A stretch of DNA of 64,000 bases from Phoronis australis (lineage: Eukaryota > Animalia > Phoronida), in assembly GCA_002633005.1 (NCBI GenBank), contig NMRA01000339.1, positions 206,685 to 270,684 of the forward strand, read 5' to 3'. Shown here piece by piece: positions 1-12,400 of this stretch (within the stretch, counting starts at the first letter, position 1; each line of letters opens with the position of its first letter). A model generated the notes under the pieces. The model saw only the letters and a list, made by a program, of their open reading frames with translations. It searched no databases and was not told where the DNA came from. A program made the translations under genes and the position numbers.

Positions 1-236
1 GGGANGATGTCTCTGACCCATGTTTAACGCAGTTCTTGATCCTTGGGAAACAGGTAGTAACTAAATTTTTTATTTCGCTAACTGGTATTATAGCATGCCA
101 GGCACACAACACGTATAACCTCCCTGTGGCCGGTTCGTCCCCACGCTTGCCGACGTACTTGTTTACCAGCTTAACCACAATGCAACATTCTGACCCATTT
201 CCAATATGGCGGCGTTGCAACTCCCCTATTAGATAT

Positions 237-335
237 CGTCTCAGTAGCTCATTGGTAAGAGCAGTAAACCGGCAATCTAGAGACCTGTGGTTCGATTCCC
301 AGTTGGAGTTCCTGAGTTTTCTGTGTTTATTTGAT
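237..335 (+). mobile_element. tRNA-derived SINE head / degenerate tRNA-like repeat
   Basis: Pol III A-box TAGCTCATTGGTAAGAGC and B-box GGTTCGATTCCC at tRNA spacing. Acceptor and T stems pair poorly, and the sequence continues into a non-tRNA tail (GTTCCTGAGTTTTCTGTG). Confidence 0.6.
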
Positions 336-1139
336 ATATTTCACTGTTGACCAACATCAGCGTCTACATTTACTGTATCCATTCGAGGGTTTGCTTATTG
401 TGCAAGTGGCTTAATCAAATTATTCAGGTGGCTTGCTCAAATTATTCTGACGACTCCAACAACAACGCGAGTCTTTTGCGTTCGTTTAATTTTGTTTACG
501 CTGTTAATTCTCTTCAGTGTGATTGAACGCCCATTCTCATTTCCTCGCACATTTCCGTATTTTAAAGAGGTCTGGAACGCGATAAACAGACTAAATTGCA
601 ATTTTGAAAGTGGTTTTCTGCCACTGAAACAAAATTCAAACTGTCCACCGGGTACTTTTAGGGTTCGTTCGTAACGATTTTTAATTTCTGTTGATGTCAA
701 AGCATATTCTTTTAGTTTCAAATTTCAAAAAACGATCTGTCAACTGCTCGCCACTTCGACGAGTTTCCTCCCACAAGGCAAAGCATATCTCCTTATTTAG
801 TATGGCAAGACATACAGTAGACGCAGCACGTTTTCCTTACATGAAAAATGCGACCTTGACCTCAAGCGATTGACTTTAAGTGGATGCGTGCATTTATCAT
901 AAGTGGGATGGAGATTAGAAACTCTGTGGTAACCACAGAGTTTTTCCTTCGCGCTTATTTCTAAAATCTTGGATTTTGTGATTTTTTTCTGGAAAATTTC
1001 TCACAGGGAAAGTGAATTATTCTGTGCTATACGTTGTGAGATGATACTTTCGACAGGAATTGTGTAAAAGATATTTTTGACGAGCTTTCGCTTTCCACGC
1101 CTCTTTAACAATAATCATTCATATTTATCTCTCTTTCAG

Positions 1140-1267
1140 TCAACCAAAATGGAGAACGCGTGGTGTATGTCTACGACAGACGTCGACGCAACGACGATTT
1201 TGCCACAGGCGCTTTGGCCGGTGCAGCTGTCGGCAGTCTGTTTTTCTGGCCCCTATTATTCTGGTGA
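1140..1267 (+). CDS. Terminal coding exon of an evectin/PLEKHB-like PH-domain protein (C-terminal membrane anchor)
   Basis: Polypyrimidine tract + CAG acceptor at 1137-1139. The phase-1 frame reads xNQNGERVVYVYDRRRRNDDFATGALAGAAVGSLFFWPLLFW* (TGA 1265-1267), resembling the PLEKHB C-terminus (basic run, ND.D.A.G.LAGAA.G.L.W). This frame is not in the ORF track. Upstream exons are presumably left of the window. Confidence 0.65.
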
Positions 1268-1988
1268 AGAAGTGACACAGTGTGTCTATTTTTGTGAAGA
1301 CAGTTCTTCCAAGGGGGCGTTAGGGCCATCATGTTCCTTAATGTTTTCCTTGGAGCTGCCCGAGTGAGTTTCGTGTTGAAATTCCGTTATTTGTAGCGGA
1401 AAATTAACTATACTGTTATTTCTAGGTATCGGTATTTTGTTTTCACACACTAACGGTATCCATCTTGTACCTGGTAGCCACCAGAACGCGCCTGCCTGGT
1501 ATGGCCAATGTCGAAAGTCTGTAACTTGGAATATGGGATGTTTATTTTCTTCATACCTCCTAATGTAAAAATTACGTTAATTTTTTATCGGTGGTGTGAG
1601 TGGTGATATGGGGTGGGATTCTACAGGCAATTGCGAGTTTGGAACAAACTTGAAACTTTAAGTGTCGATATCATTTCTAAAACTATATTTTTGTGACATT
1701 ACTTTGTTAGAAAAGGATGTGCAGACTCAGTCCCCGGATGAAAGGACCTGGAATTCCGGTTATGGCACCTGGTCACAAGAAGCTGTACTTATAACCCCCT
1801 GAATTAGCTGCATCGACGGGAAAATGGTATTTTGTCTGTAATATAAAAAGTTCTTGAATGTGGTATTCAGTCTTGTCTTCAAAATTTTTGTTGTTGGGTT
1901 CTGTGTAAATGGTGCGAGAAACACATTGTTTTAACGTTCGAAAATGTAGGGGCGGGATCTATAATGAACACACCTAAGTTGAGTATCT

Positions 1989-1990
<2 letters not shown>

Positions 1991-2025
<35 letters not shown>
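1991..2025. repeat. (TA)n microsatellite
   Basis: catacatatatata... run read directly. Confidence 0.95.
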
Positions 2026-2028
<3 letters not shown>

Positions 2029-2202
2029 TTGAACTATGTAAAAAAATAATTTGTCATGTTCCTTGCTCTACCTTATTGACCCATGTTTAGGGCTGGGACA
2101 GCTGTCCTGCGTATACTCATGTACATTGTAGCTGAAAGGATAGTTTCTAACTCTTGAACTCGGTTGAAGTTGTTGCAGTTTATGTGTGCCTCTTAGTTGT
2201 AC

Positions 2203-4819
2203 CAAGGAGTGTAGTAGTATAGGAGAGTTCACTAGTGAGTTCGCTGTTACCGCTACTACTAGCGACGCCAAGTGGTGACTAAGCAACTGTCAACCAGGAA
2301 GCGCAAAACAATGGGGATGGACGCATTTTGCTGTACGATAAATTGCATGAATTCATCCACGAAAACCCCAGACGTGTTATTTTTTAGGTTTCCTAAGGAT
2401 CTAGAAAGGTAAGGATTATCTGTTATTCAGTAATATGATACATTGTCTTTCATTTTTTGTGTTCTGTTCACGGTTGTTAGACAAGTCGATAGCAGTCCTG
2501 TTGCCACTGTTGTCCGCAGTATAGGCTAGGCCTACTGTACAGCCGGGCTGCCGGCGGAAGGACTATGATGAACGTCCGATGTGATCGTCACCATTTTGGA
2601 TACTTGCAGGCCATTAATTCCAGATCAAAATGTCACCCGTACGATTGCAGGGATAATTTTAGGAAAATATGACTGGTGACACGGCCATGGCACAATCACA
2701 GCCACAGAGCCACAAGTCTGTCATGAGTCAAGTTAGAGACTCTGTGGGTCTCGGTGAAAAGGTGAAAAAAATCAACATAAATTTAATGTAGTGCGTCGTT
2801 GAAAACTTAATTCTACGGGTCAAAGATTCGGGGGCGCGGCCATGTTAAAATATGCGTGGATCAACATTTGAGTCCGATTTTTTTTTCAGTTGGCACCAAA
2901 ACGCTTTTGTCTCTATCACAATCACAGTACCACAGGAATTTTGTAGTGTAGTGTACTTTAGTGTAGGCTACCAGTCTTTGTGAACCTAGTGAGTATGAGG
3001 TTTGTTCCTGAGTCTCTCAGTCATTGATTTCTCACAGGTGCAAGCGCTGGGAGCTGACCTCAGTTATGAATAGAGATGCAGCCTATTTGTCCAAGAACTG
3101 CAAGTTATGCTCTCATCACTTCGAGGAGTCCATGTTCATGAATGAAGAACAAGCTGGTATTGACTGCAGTGCCCGAACAATATTTGATGTCCCGAATCCA
3201 CCAAAAATGAAGATGTCAGGGTCAAAAAGTTCTCCCGAAATTATATTACAGCTCTGGAATAGGCTTTTTTACACTTCTGATTATCATCTCATAAAGCAAG
3301 TACTGGAACATCACGTGTAGAAAGGACAATTAGTCAAAATCTGGTTTTCGTATTTTACTAAGGTTGATCAGATCGAAACATTTTATGAATGGTTAGCCTG
3401 TGATTTGGAGAGAGCAAAAGTGAAATTGATGGATCATTCAGAGTCTGAATAGTGGGCTGAAATTTTGTTAAACCCAAGCTATCCCTATCATTTTACTTCT
3501 CGATGACAAACACCTCTGTGAGTAAATTAGTTTTCAGCTTTATTTATAATGCATTTGTTTGGCGAAAAGTGCTCTTGTTTACTAGTGAATTAATAGAAAG
3601 TGACAAGGTTGGTCAGATTTTCTTGTTGTATTGGTTGGTGTATGTGTTGCCTATTTTGCACGTTTTTGGAGATTGTTATTTATTTAAGCCTCAGTTGTGG
3701 CTAGGAATCAGATATGATCTTGTGGTCTGGTTTTAACTTACATGAAATATTTACTGTTATTGATAACACGAACAGTGGGTATATAAAATAAAATTTTGGT
3801 TTTATCATCCAAGTCTTTTTAATTCAGTTTTGTACGAAGCTATGTGGGTAGTGAATTGATTGCTGTTCAGTACCTCTTAATTTTTTTGTCATGAAATTTT
3901 GAACTTTGACTAGTTATGATTGATGATATAATCAATGTTACTACGTTTTGTAAGTTGTGAGCTATTCTACGGATTAGCCACTGACTTGCAACTGTTGGTG
4001 AGTGGGAGAGTGGGATTGAGTTTACCCTATACTGGCATATGTCTAAGAAATAATGGAATGTTCTAAAATTGTATTACGATTTTGTGATAGTGATGAATTG
4101 CCTTGCTTTCTTCTTCTCACTTGTGTAACAAAACAATTGTCTGCATTGCTAGTAGCCTGGTGCATTGAATGAAGAACAAATGCGAAATTGTTGGGTGGAG
4201 AACCAGCAGTGAGCTGGGAATAACATGTTTGTCAATGGTCAGGGGAGCAACCAAAATGTGTGACAATGGGAGGAGCTCAACACCCATGTGGTATACATAC
4301 CCATTTATAATATACCCATTGGTTTTTACCTGTTTAGCACTCCTCCTATGTAACCCCCCTGGGATGAGGTCAACACCCATTTGGCGCCCACCTGGTTTTT
4401 GCCTGGTACCCCCTTAGCTGCCACCTGGGGGAATTCCCGTCTGAGCCCCCAGGAGCAATCATTCCAATTGTGTAGTCCGTGGAGGTATGAACTGTTATAA
4501 GGAACGATAATTGCCTTGTTAAGAACTCAAGCATGAAACAAAACCATGATGGATTTAATATTGATTAAAATACACATTTTCTTTCTCATTCGATTGTAAG
4601 TGGATGTTAGTTTATGTATTCTAACCATTTTCAATCACATAGTAATTTTATTGCACGTTGAATGTCATTAAAGTATGAATTTATGAGTGTTTACATTGTT
4701 CGGACTGTGCCTCTAAGTGTTGATTATTCACCGCTTGGAGCTCTAGTGTTTCGACCGGTAACCATTGCGGCGAATGGTAAAATGGCGGCGTGAACTCTCC
4801 TGTACTAGTACACTCCTTG
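2203..4819 (+). mobile_element. Non-autonomous P-superfamily (Galileo-like) DNA transposon
   Basis: 30-bp TIRs CAAGGAGTGTAGTAGTATAGGAGAGTTCAC / GTGAACTCTCCTGTACTAGTACACTCCTTG (2 mismatches). Perfect 7-bp TSD GTTGTAC at 2196-2202 and 4820-4826. Internal THAP-domain exons. Confidence 0.85.
2311..3210 (+). pseudogene. Spliced THAP zinc-finger domain remnant (transposase N-terminus); exons 2311-2408 and 3038-~3210
   Basis: Exon 1 reads MGMDAFCCTINCMNSSTKTPDVLFFRFPKDLE(R)|gtaag. Exon 2 follows ctcacag| and reads CKRW...KLCSHHFEESMF, then a frameshifted KLVLTAVP-TIFDVPNPP (THAP C2CH, FP, W and AVPTIF motifs). No catalytic domain follows. Confidence 0.8.
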
Positions 4820-5528
4820 GTTGTACTTAGAACAAATGTATTTCTCAGTAGACTTCTCCTGGTTCCTAACTTGTCATATTATAGTAGAGTAGAAGCATCC
4901 AAATTATTTCAGAATATTGTATTTGACAGTTTGTCAAAATCACCATACGAGCGCAGATGGCCGAGTTTTGTTAATTTTCGATTTTTTTATCACGTTTCTT
5001 ATTCTGAAGTGGCACGTAAGTCCAGTTTGGGCTGGGTACAGACTGTTATTACAATCTATATGTTGTTGTGGTTGTTATGCTTGTCACAATATAGTATTTT
5101 AACACTATTGACAACTATAAAAATAACGGATTACGTGCGTCGAAGTGCACTCAAGCATTTGTTGCTATGATGATTGGCTTCTGTCATCGCAATAGCATCT
5201 GTTGACCGCTTAATGGGTAGTTCATAGTATTATAGTATTTTTACTTTGGCATGTGTTGTGTCGTAAAAATACTCATCCACTTATATCAAAACTTTCAAGT
5301 TTACCTAACGTCATTAGCTGCGTTGCGTCGAAGAAACGCCCTTTTTGTTCAGGTCACTTACTGGTGTAGTTTTTATTGTTTCTAATTACTTACATGAGAA
5401 GTGATTTTTAGACTTGGAAATGTTATTGTACGAGAACATGTTTGGCAAATGAAATGAACCGCCGTGACATCAATCCAGTTTATGACCCTGCTCTCGACCA
5501 CTAGCGCTCAGTTCTTCTCAAGCTTATA

Positions 5529-5973
5529 CACGGTACCTAAACTGTAAACTTCACGGTTAACGAACTCATAATCACAGCCACGGACGCATGAACACCACTC
5601 ACGGACTGCAGACACCGTCCACTGACTCACAAACACGGGAACGGACTCGCAGAACACGATCCGGGCATTCACCCATATACATATACACGGGACACGGACT
5701 CGTATTCACGAGGAAACACGGTTAACGGACCGCCAAACACGGGTCACGGACTCGTCGGCTTTCTGGGTCAGCTGACACGTACATTTTGTCCGTCAGCCGT
5801 GTTTCTTCGTGAATGTGAGTCCGTGTCCCGTGTATTTGGATGAATGAATCGTGTTTTGTGACTCCCTTACCGTGTTTGTGAGTCAGTGGACGGTGTTTGC
5901 AGTTCCGTGAATCGTGTTCATGCGTGCGTGACCGTGTTTATGAGTCCGTTAACCGTGTAGTTTAGGTACCTTG
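5529..5973. mobile_element. Foldback MITE with ~200-bp imperfect inverted arms built from CACGG/CCGTG sub-repeats
   Basis: GGTACCTAAACT...CACGGTTAACG at the left is mirrored by CGTTAACCGTGTAGTTTAGGTACC at the right; internal segments are reverse-complementary throughout. Confidence 0.85.
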
Positions 5974-6931
5974 TTACAAGTCGCCCCCGATTTACATGTA
6001 AGTAAGCTTTAAAACCAATTTCATAAGCCCAAGAATACTAAATTAAAAGGAATTTTTGTGGACGAAAGGCGGGTTTGTATAAGGTTGGAGATGCACACCT
6101 GTCCTGTCGCTTGACCTTACTTGTGGCCTTGTTGTTATAGCAACATTTTGAATGTGCAGGAGGTGAAGTATTTGAAAACCAAGAATATTGTCGATAAAAA
6201 GTCGACCAGTCTTGTGTTGGAGTTTCAGTGCAATATGTAATCTTGACTGGAGTGGGAAAAGAGGTGAGATTTAGAGCTGTTCTGAACCCTCATTCTGCAA
6301 AACGAACTTGTTTCGGACCACTTGCCGTTATGAAATTGGGTCTCGACTTTTTCCGTATTCGGATTTGAAGTGATTTCAGTGTTTGAGGAAATTAACGGTT
6401 TGTTATTTCTCGAGCTCACCTGGCTCGACAAGTTGGCTGGACGCACTCGGTTGGCCATTATATGCAGACGCTTTACATTATTGCGTCCAATATGATTATG
6501 GAACATAGTTAAAACCTTTTTTTCAAGATAAGTGGTTTAAGTCAAAAGTTTCCCTTTTAGCGGAAGACAGGTTCATAGCACTTTTAACTGTGCGGAAAAT
6601 GTATTCCATTTAGAAATTTGCTTGAATTGAATTTGAGGAATCGTGTTATGGGATATTGTTTTTATGTTTTTGTCTTTCATCGGAACAACGCACTCTACTT
6701 GATTCCTGTTCCCTGAAACGTTGAACATGCGGGTGGATTCTCATTTTAGATTTTCCTTCCTTGTCTTTCTAGCAGGAAAATAATCCTGATGTCTGTTGTT
6801 TGCTCTGCAGTCACTACAGCCATCTAGTGCTTTATGTTAATGTTTTGGTATCAATAAAATTTTAATGGTGAATATTTTTTGTATGCTGTCGGATCTAGGA
6901 TGTCGCAAGGGGGTCTTGTGACCTACAACGA

Positions 6932-8708
6932 TTTTTATGCGCCCACATATTTATATGTGGACCATTATGCCGTCATCTCCGTCCGTCCGTCCGTCCGTCC
7001 GTCCGTCCGGGCAGCGTCCGTCCGTCCGTCCAGGCAGCGTCCGTCCGGCGTCCGCTGCTATATCTCCAAAACCCTCTGACATACGTTCATGAAATTTGAC
7101 ACATAATGTTCCATTCATGAATGGGACGGCATGAGCGAACTTTCGGAAGGATCCGACTACCGGTGTGCCCCCTAGTGGCAATTTTAATTTTTTACGCTTA
7201 CCTTTGTATCTTCAAAAGTCCTGAACGGATTTTCATGAAATTAGGTATGTACTGTAGGCACCTATTAGTGAGATGACGCTATCATATCGTTTTCGGATGG
7301 ATTCGACATATTTTGCGCCACCTGGTGTCCATTTTTACTGTTTTCGAGTCTATTTTTTGCGTCCACCCCTCTAGCAACCAAACCGCTCAAAGGATGATTG
7401 TGAAAATTGGCATGTATGTGCTTACTATGAAGAGGACGGTTGACGATGATTTTCCGACGATTTCGACTACTACGGCGCCTCCTAGTGGCAGTTTTGTTAT
7501 TTTTTTGCGCCTGTGGCTGTATCTCCTAAACCGTTCGCAGGTTCTTTACAAAATTTAGTAAGTATATTTATATGATGTTAACAACAGACGACGACGACTT
7601 TTGGACAGATCCGACTACCGGTGTGCCCCCTAGTGGCAATTTTATTTTTTTAGGTTTACCTTTGTATCTTGAAAAGTCCTTATCGGATTTTCATGAAATT
7701 TAATATGTAGGCACCTATTAGTAAGGTGACGCCATCCTCCCGTTTTCGGTTGGATTTGACGTAGTTTGCGCCACCTAGTGGCCATTTGTAATGTTTTCGA
7801 GTCTGTTTTTTGCGTCCACCCCTCTATAAACCAAACCGCTCGAAGGATGATTGTGAAAATTGGCATATATGTGCTTACTATAAAGAGGACGGTTGACGAT
7901 GATTTTCCAACGATTTCGACTATTGTGGCGCCTCCTAGTGGCAGTTTGGTTTTTGTTGCGCGTATGGCTGTATCTCCTAAATTGTTCTCTGGATCTTTAC
8001 TTAATTTAGCAAGTGTATTTATATGATGTTGACTACGGATGACGACGACTTTCCGACAGATCTGACTACTGCTGTGCCCCCTAGTGGCAAATTTATTTTT
8101 TTTTCGTTTAACTTGGTATCTTCAACAGATTTTCATAAAATTTTAAATATAGGAATCTATTGGTGTGATGACGCTGTCTTCCTGTTTTTGGATGGATTCG
8201 AGCTGTTTTGCACCACCTAGTGGCCATTTATTGTTGCTGTTTTCAAATCTTGTTTTTGGTGTCCACCCCAAACCAAATTATTTGAAAATTGGCATATATG
8301 TTCTCAGTGTGAAGACGAGCTTTGATGATGGTGACTGACTAATGTGGCGCCTCCTAGTGGTAGTTTTGTTTTGTGCCCATAGTTGTACCTCTTAAACCCC
8401 TCTGCAGGATCTTTACTAAATTTAGTAAGTGTATTTATATGAAGATAACAACAGACGACGACGACTTTCAGGCGGATCCAACGGACACTGTGCCCACTAG
8501 TTGCAATTTCATTTTATTCTATTTCCCTTTGTTTCTCTTAAGTTCCTTGAAAGATTTTTATAAAATATGGCATGTTCTTGTTTTTGGATGGATTGTATGT
8601 TTTTGCACCATCTAGTGGCCATTTTTATGATACAAGTAAAGAACCCTAAAAGCACACCATTTGCAATGCATTCGTGGGCGCATTTCAACGATCCGCGTTG
8701 CTCTTGTT
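6932..8708 (+). mobile_element. Helentron-associated non-autonomous element (HINE/DINE-1-like) carrying an internal satellite
   Basis: 5' T-run + subTIR ATGCGCCCAC (6937-6946), hairpin CCACATAT-TT-ATATGTGG, (GTCC)n microsatellite (~6978-7055), tandem array, 3' subTIR GTGGGCGCAT (8674-8683), short hairpin CAACG..CGTTG and a CTTGTT end. Confidence 0.8.
7060..8625 (+). repeat. Satellite array: ~150-bp monomers organised as a ~450-bp trimeric higher-order repeat (~3.5 copies)
   Basis: CCGACTACCGGTGTGCCCCCTAGTGG recurs at ~7153, ~7611, ~8062 and ~8478. Each monomer ends in G(C/T)GCCNCCTAGTGG. Confidence 0.9.
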
Positions 8709-9260
8709 AATTGTGGGGAATATCCATTAAAACAGCATACTGACGGATTATACATGTATTGTTGGTCGTGTCCGTTGGGGTACGCCCCCTAAATTCCGCC
8801 TGTGTCACTGGCAAGAAAACATGAAAAAATGAAATGTTTTTGAAATGTAGCCGGTATTGTCAAAAGGGATCTTTTGGCGATCCGAATGCTTGTAGTTAGT
8901 TTGATAAAGCACTTAGGGTCCCTCTGTGTCATCATGATAATACACATGCGGCTGCAGGTTCATTACCTACCCTGTTACATAAATGTACATGTATATGTAT
9001 AGGCGTTACTGGAAGGTTTTGGGTGCTGTGACATAAATTTTCCTTACTTAATATTGGCGATAAATATCGTGTTTAATGTGCGAATAAAAATTGATCTCTT
9101 TGTGAAGGCATATGACATGTAAATCAGAAAGCAATGACTTGTGGAGTGAGACACAGTAACTTAATTAAGAACACGTGGGTCCTACTGCCATAACGCATTA
9201 CCTCCGTGTTGACTCATTATATCCATTTTGACACACTGTGTTCATTTCACCTGCGTTTAT

Positions 9261-9418
9261 CAGTGGCGGATTTAGAGGGGTCCCAAGGCGACCATGTCCC
9301 CCCTAAAATTCTCTCAGATTCCATTTGGCAGTTCGGGGTGCGACTATCTGTCGAGCAAAATCTTGGCTAATACCCTGCCGTCCCCCCCCCTCCAACTCAA
9401 ATCCTGGGCCCGCCCCTG
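9261..9418 (+). mobile_element. hAT-like MITE (CAGTGGCGG...CCGCCCCTG) with 5-bp TSD
   Basis: TIRs and TSD TTTAT/TTTAT; homologous copies at 15441, 23279 and 58057. Confidence 0.8.
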
Positions 9419-12400
9419 TTTATATATATACTTTGTTAGTAAAGATGAAGCTTTTTACACATCCACCTGCCAAGTGCATCAAGTCAAGTTTGATTCATTA
9501 GTCTAGGATTCGTAAAGGTGATGTAAAATGCACATTAATTCTCTGTTGGTCTATCATGCTGGACTCGCCTCGGACTACAAAACACGATGTTTGTGGACCG
9601 ATGGTTGTCTAAGGAACAAGTCGAGGTATTAAGGTTACATAAAATCCTAAGAAAAAGTGCAAATTCGGAACAGCACATGCACGCACCCAGCCTAGAAAGT
9701 GGGGGTTCGAATTTTTGAAAATATGGACCTTTCACTAGGATTTACGGGATAGGCCTACTTTCAGAGCTATGAATTGTGCATTCGCCGAATTTTAGTTGCT
9801 CCGGCCTTTAAGTAGTCTTTTGGTTCGCTATTGCATCATATATCAGTATTGGCTGATCGGATTCTTACGAAAGCTTTGCTTTCGATGCTATCATTAGATT
9901 AATGCAAGTTGGGTAGTTTCAAAAAGTTTCACTTTTGCGTTAGGGCTGTATCAGACTTTTATTGTTTTAATTTAAAAGTTAAAAAGCTGAATAAAGTGAA
10001 GTTTAAATGACTATTTAGAAAGCTGCGTTTTTTAAGATTTCATGGTGATCATTAATGTCAATCATGTTCTTGATACCTTTAAACAGTCACGTGATTCAAT
10101 TAATTACAGAATGGAGTAAAGTTAAAAATCATGTTTTTTTGATCTTTTACTTTCAAAGATATACGTGTATGCTTTTACCGTGTTAGCATAAATTTTGGCT
10201 AAATACGCTCACTTGTTTCTAAAGTCCTAGGTAACCGTGTATATACTCTTCCGCTTCATTTTAGTTTAAACTTCATCAAACGGACTTTAATACAAGTAAG
10301 TTAACTCGAAAACATAAGCTCAAATAATGCTCATTCAAAACAACTTCAATTATTTTCAAACCTAACTGACCTGTAGTAAGTTTAATTTTTTTATCTTGGT
10401 GGTGCACCGCCACCAAAATGGCTGCTGTAGTGAGTGAAAGCTGACCCAATGCACTATGGGTACTCACTTAAGTTGCAAAAATATCTAAAGATTTCCGCGG
10501 AAATCCCCTCTCTTTTTAAAAGAATTTAAAAGTAGCAGTAGTAAAAGAAGGCAAACACAAACACGACTGAAACTTTCGAAATGGTGCTATCTTTCGACTA
10601 TTGAATGTAAAAGAAAGGATAGTTTTATTCGTGTTTAAATGGTAAACAGGGTTTGGAATTTTGCTCTTAAGAGGATTTCATTTTTGTTGGTTTCGATTTC
10701 GTGTGATATGATTTCCAGTTTCCTCTTTTTCCATTCTTTTCAAAATTATGTTGACTTTATTGGTGCAAAAACCTTTACTTCAGTTAATTTTTACAACACA
10801 ATATATATTTTTATCACACTAGCCTATTGATTTGTGGAACGATACATCACCAGGAAAGATTTTCTCTTTTTTCGTCATTGGTCATTCCAAGCTCTGGGTA
10901 AAGTCATGGAACATGATTTCACTGAATGTCTGGCAAACAACACCGGGAAATGTCGATTTATAAAAATATCACAAAAACACACTTTATAGTTTTGATCAAT
11001 ATTAATAAATTCAAGAGGTCTATACAATCTAATAATATACCCAAAATGTGTCTGGCTGCCGTAACACGATAATATTTCTTTAAGAACCCTCGTTGCAACA
11101 AAACAAATTTTCAAATGCTTTCCCTTCTGTGTAGGAAACCGGCATTTTGATTCCATTTTACGATAAAAAAGAGTTACTGAGATGCCAAAATCCCGGCGAA
11201 TAACACTGTTATGTATGTTGTCTAAACAGCTTGTATTGTCTCGTGTTAATGACTACCGAGCTTGTGCCCTCTGCAGTTTGGTTTCTAATTGCGTGGTTCA
11301 TGTACATGTTGGAGCAAAACATCGCAATTTATGAAAAGTGCCCTTGACACAAAGCTGTAAGCATCAGAGCCGTGTATTGACGTTTATCGTTTGCTTGTGA
11401 CTGATTGTTCATTAAACTGAGGTAATATTGCGTAAATGGACTGTTCACTAGTTCTTTAAGTCCTATTTGAGTGACATTATTGGCCGTGTCAGGTTGATGG
11501 TTTTCGTCCAACACACGTAGACGAGGATTCATTTAATGAGATTCATGGCACTCTGATATAAATCCTATTATTTGGGCAAATAACATTCTATAGCCCTTCA
11601 TCCTTCATATCCAACTCCTAGTTAGTTGCTACCAAATCCGATGGTAGCGCTGTTTGTTCTTTTTCTCCAGCTTCCTGTTGGCCCAGCCTCAAGCAACAGT
11701 ACATTCACTAGTAAGTTTTCCCAATTAGATCATTTGATACCTAATTACACATTGGGTATCGTAAATGTGTGTGTTATCTCTTGTAATTAAGGAACCCACC
11801 TGGTTCCTTATGTGAAATATTCATTTATACAGTTGTGACCCTGACATTCCCAATACAACCTAAAATATATATTATTGTTGTTGTTTTATTTGTCCCCAAT
11901 AAGTAGAGGTTCCGCAAGGAAGTGTGGTTCGCTGCAACTTCAAACGTTTCACTGATCCACTGACATGTAAGAATGTTTACTTGCTAGCGACACCTCCCCA
12001 TTTTCTAATAATTGTTTCCTATATGGAATACACCAGAGGTCTCTGGTCATCTTCATATCTTGATCGACTTTTTCAATGGTTCAAAGGTTATGTGATTTTC
12101 CTTAGAAACGTCCAAATGTGCACTAAGTTACATTTTGTTCCTCCGGCAATTCCAATTTTATTGTTACCCAGTTGCCACAATAGATTATCTTCAGGTGGTA
12201 CATTATTACCTACAGTTTCACAACCACCTTTGATGTCATTCTTGATAACAGGCTGACTTTCAACACTCGAGGATTTTTAACAATGTCTTTTTAAGACTTT
12301 GTCCAAGAAAATGTCACTCCATCACTTTGAAGTCATTTACCATTCTTTCATTTTGTCACAGATCCAAGAACAAGCTGTATTGACAATTTCCGGTGCAAAA

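Noticed and set aside
237-310. Functional tRNA gene
   Set aside because: Acceptor and T stems are broken and the GGC anticodon is atypical for eukaryotes; better explained as a SINE-like head.
1077-1367. 96-aa ORF from the track
   Set aside because: It crosses a splice acceptor; the alternative frame gives a recognisable protein tail.
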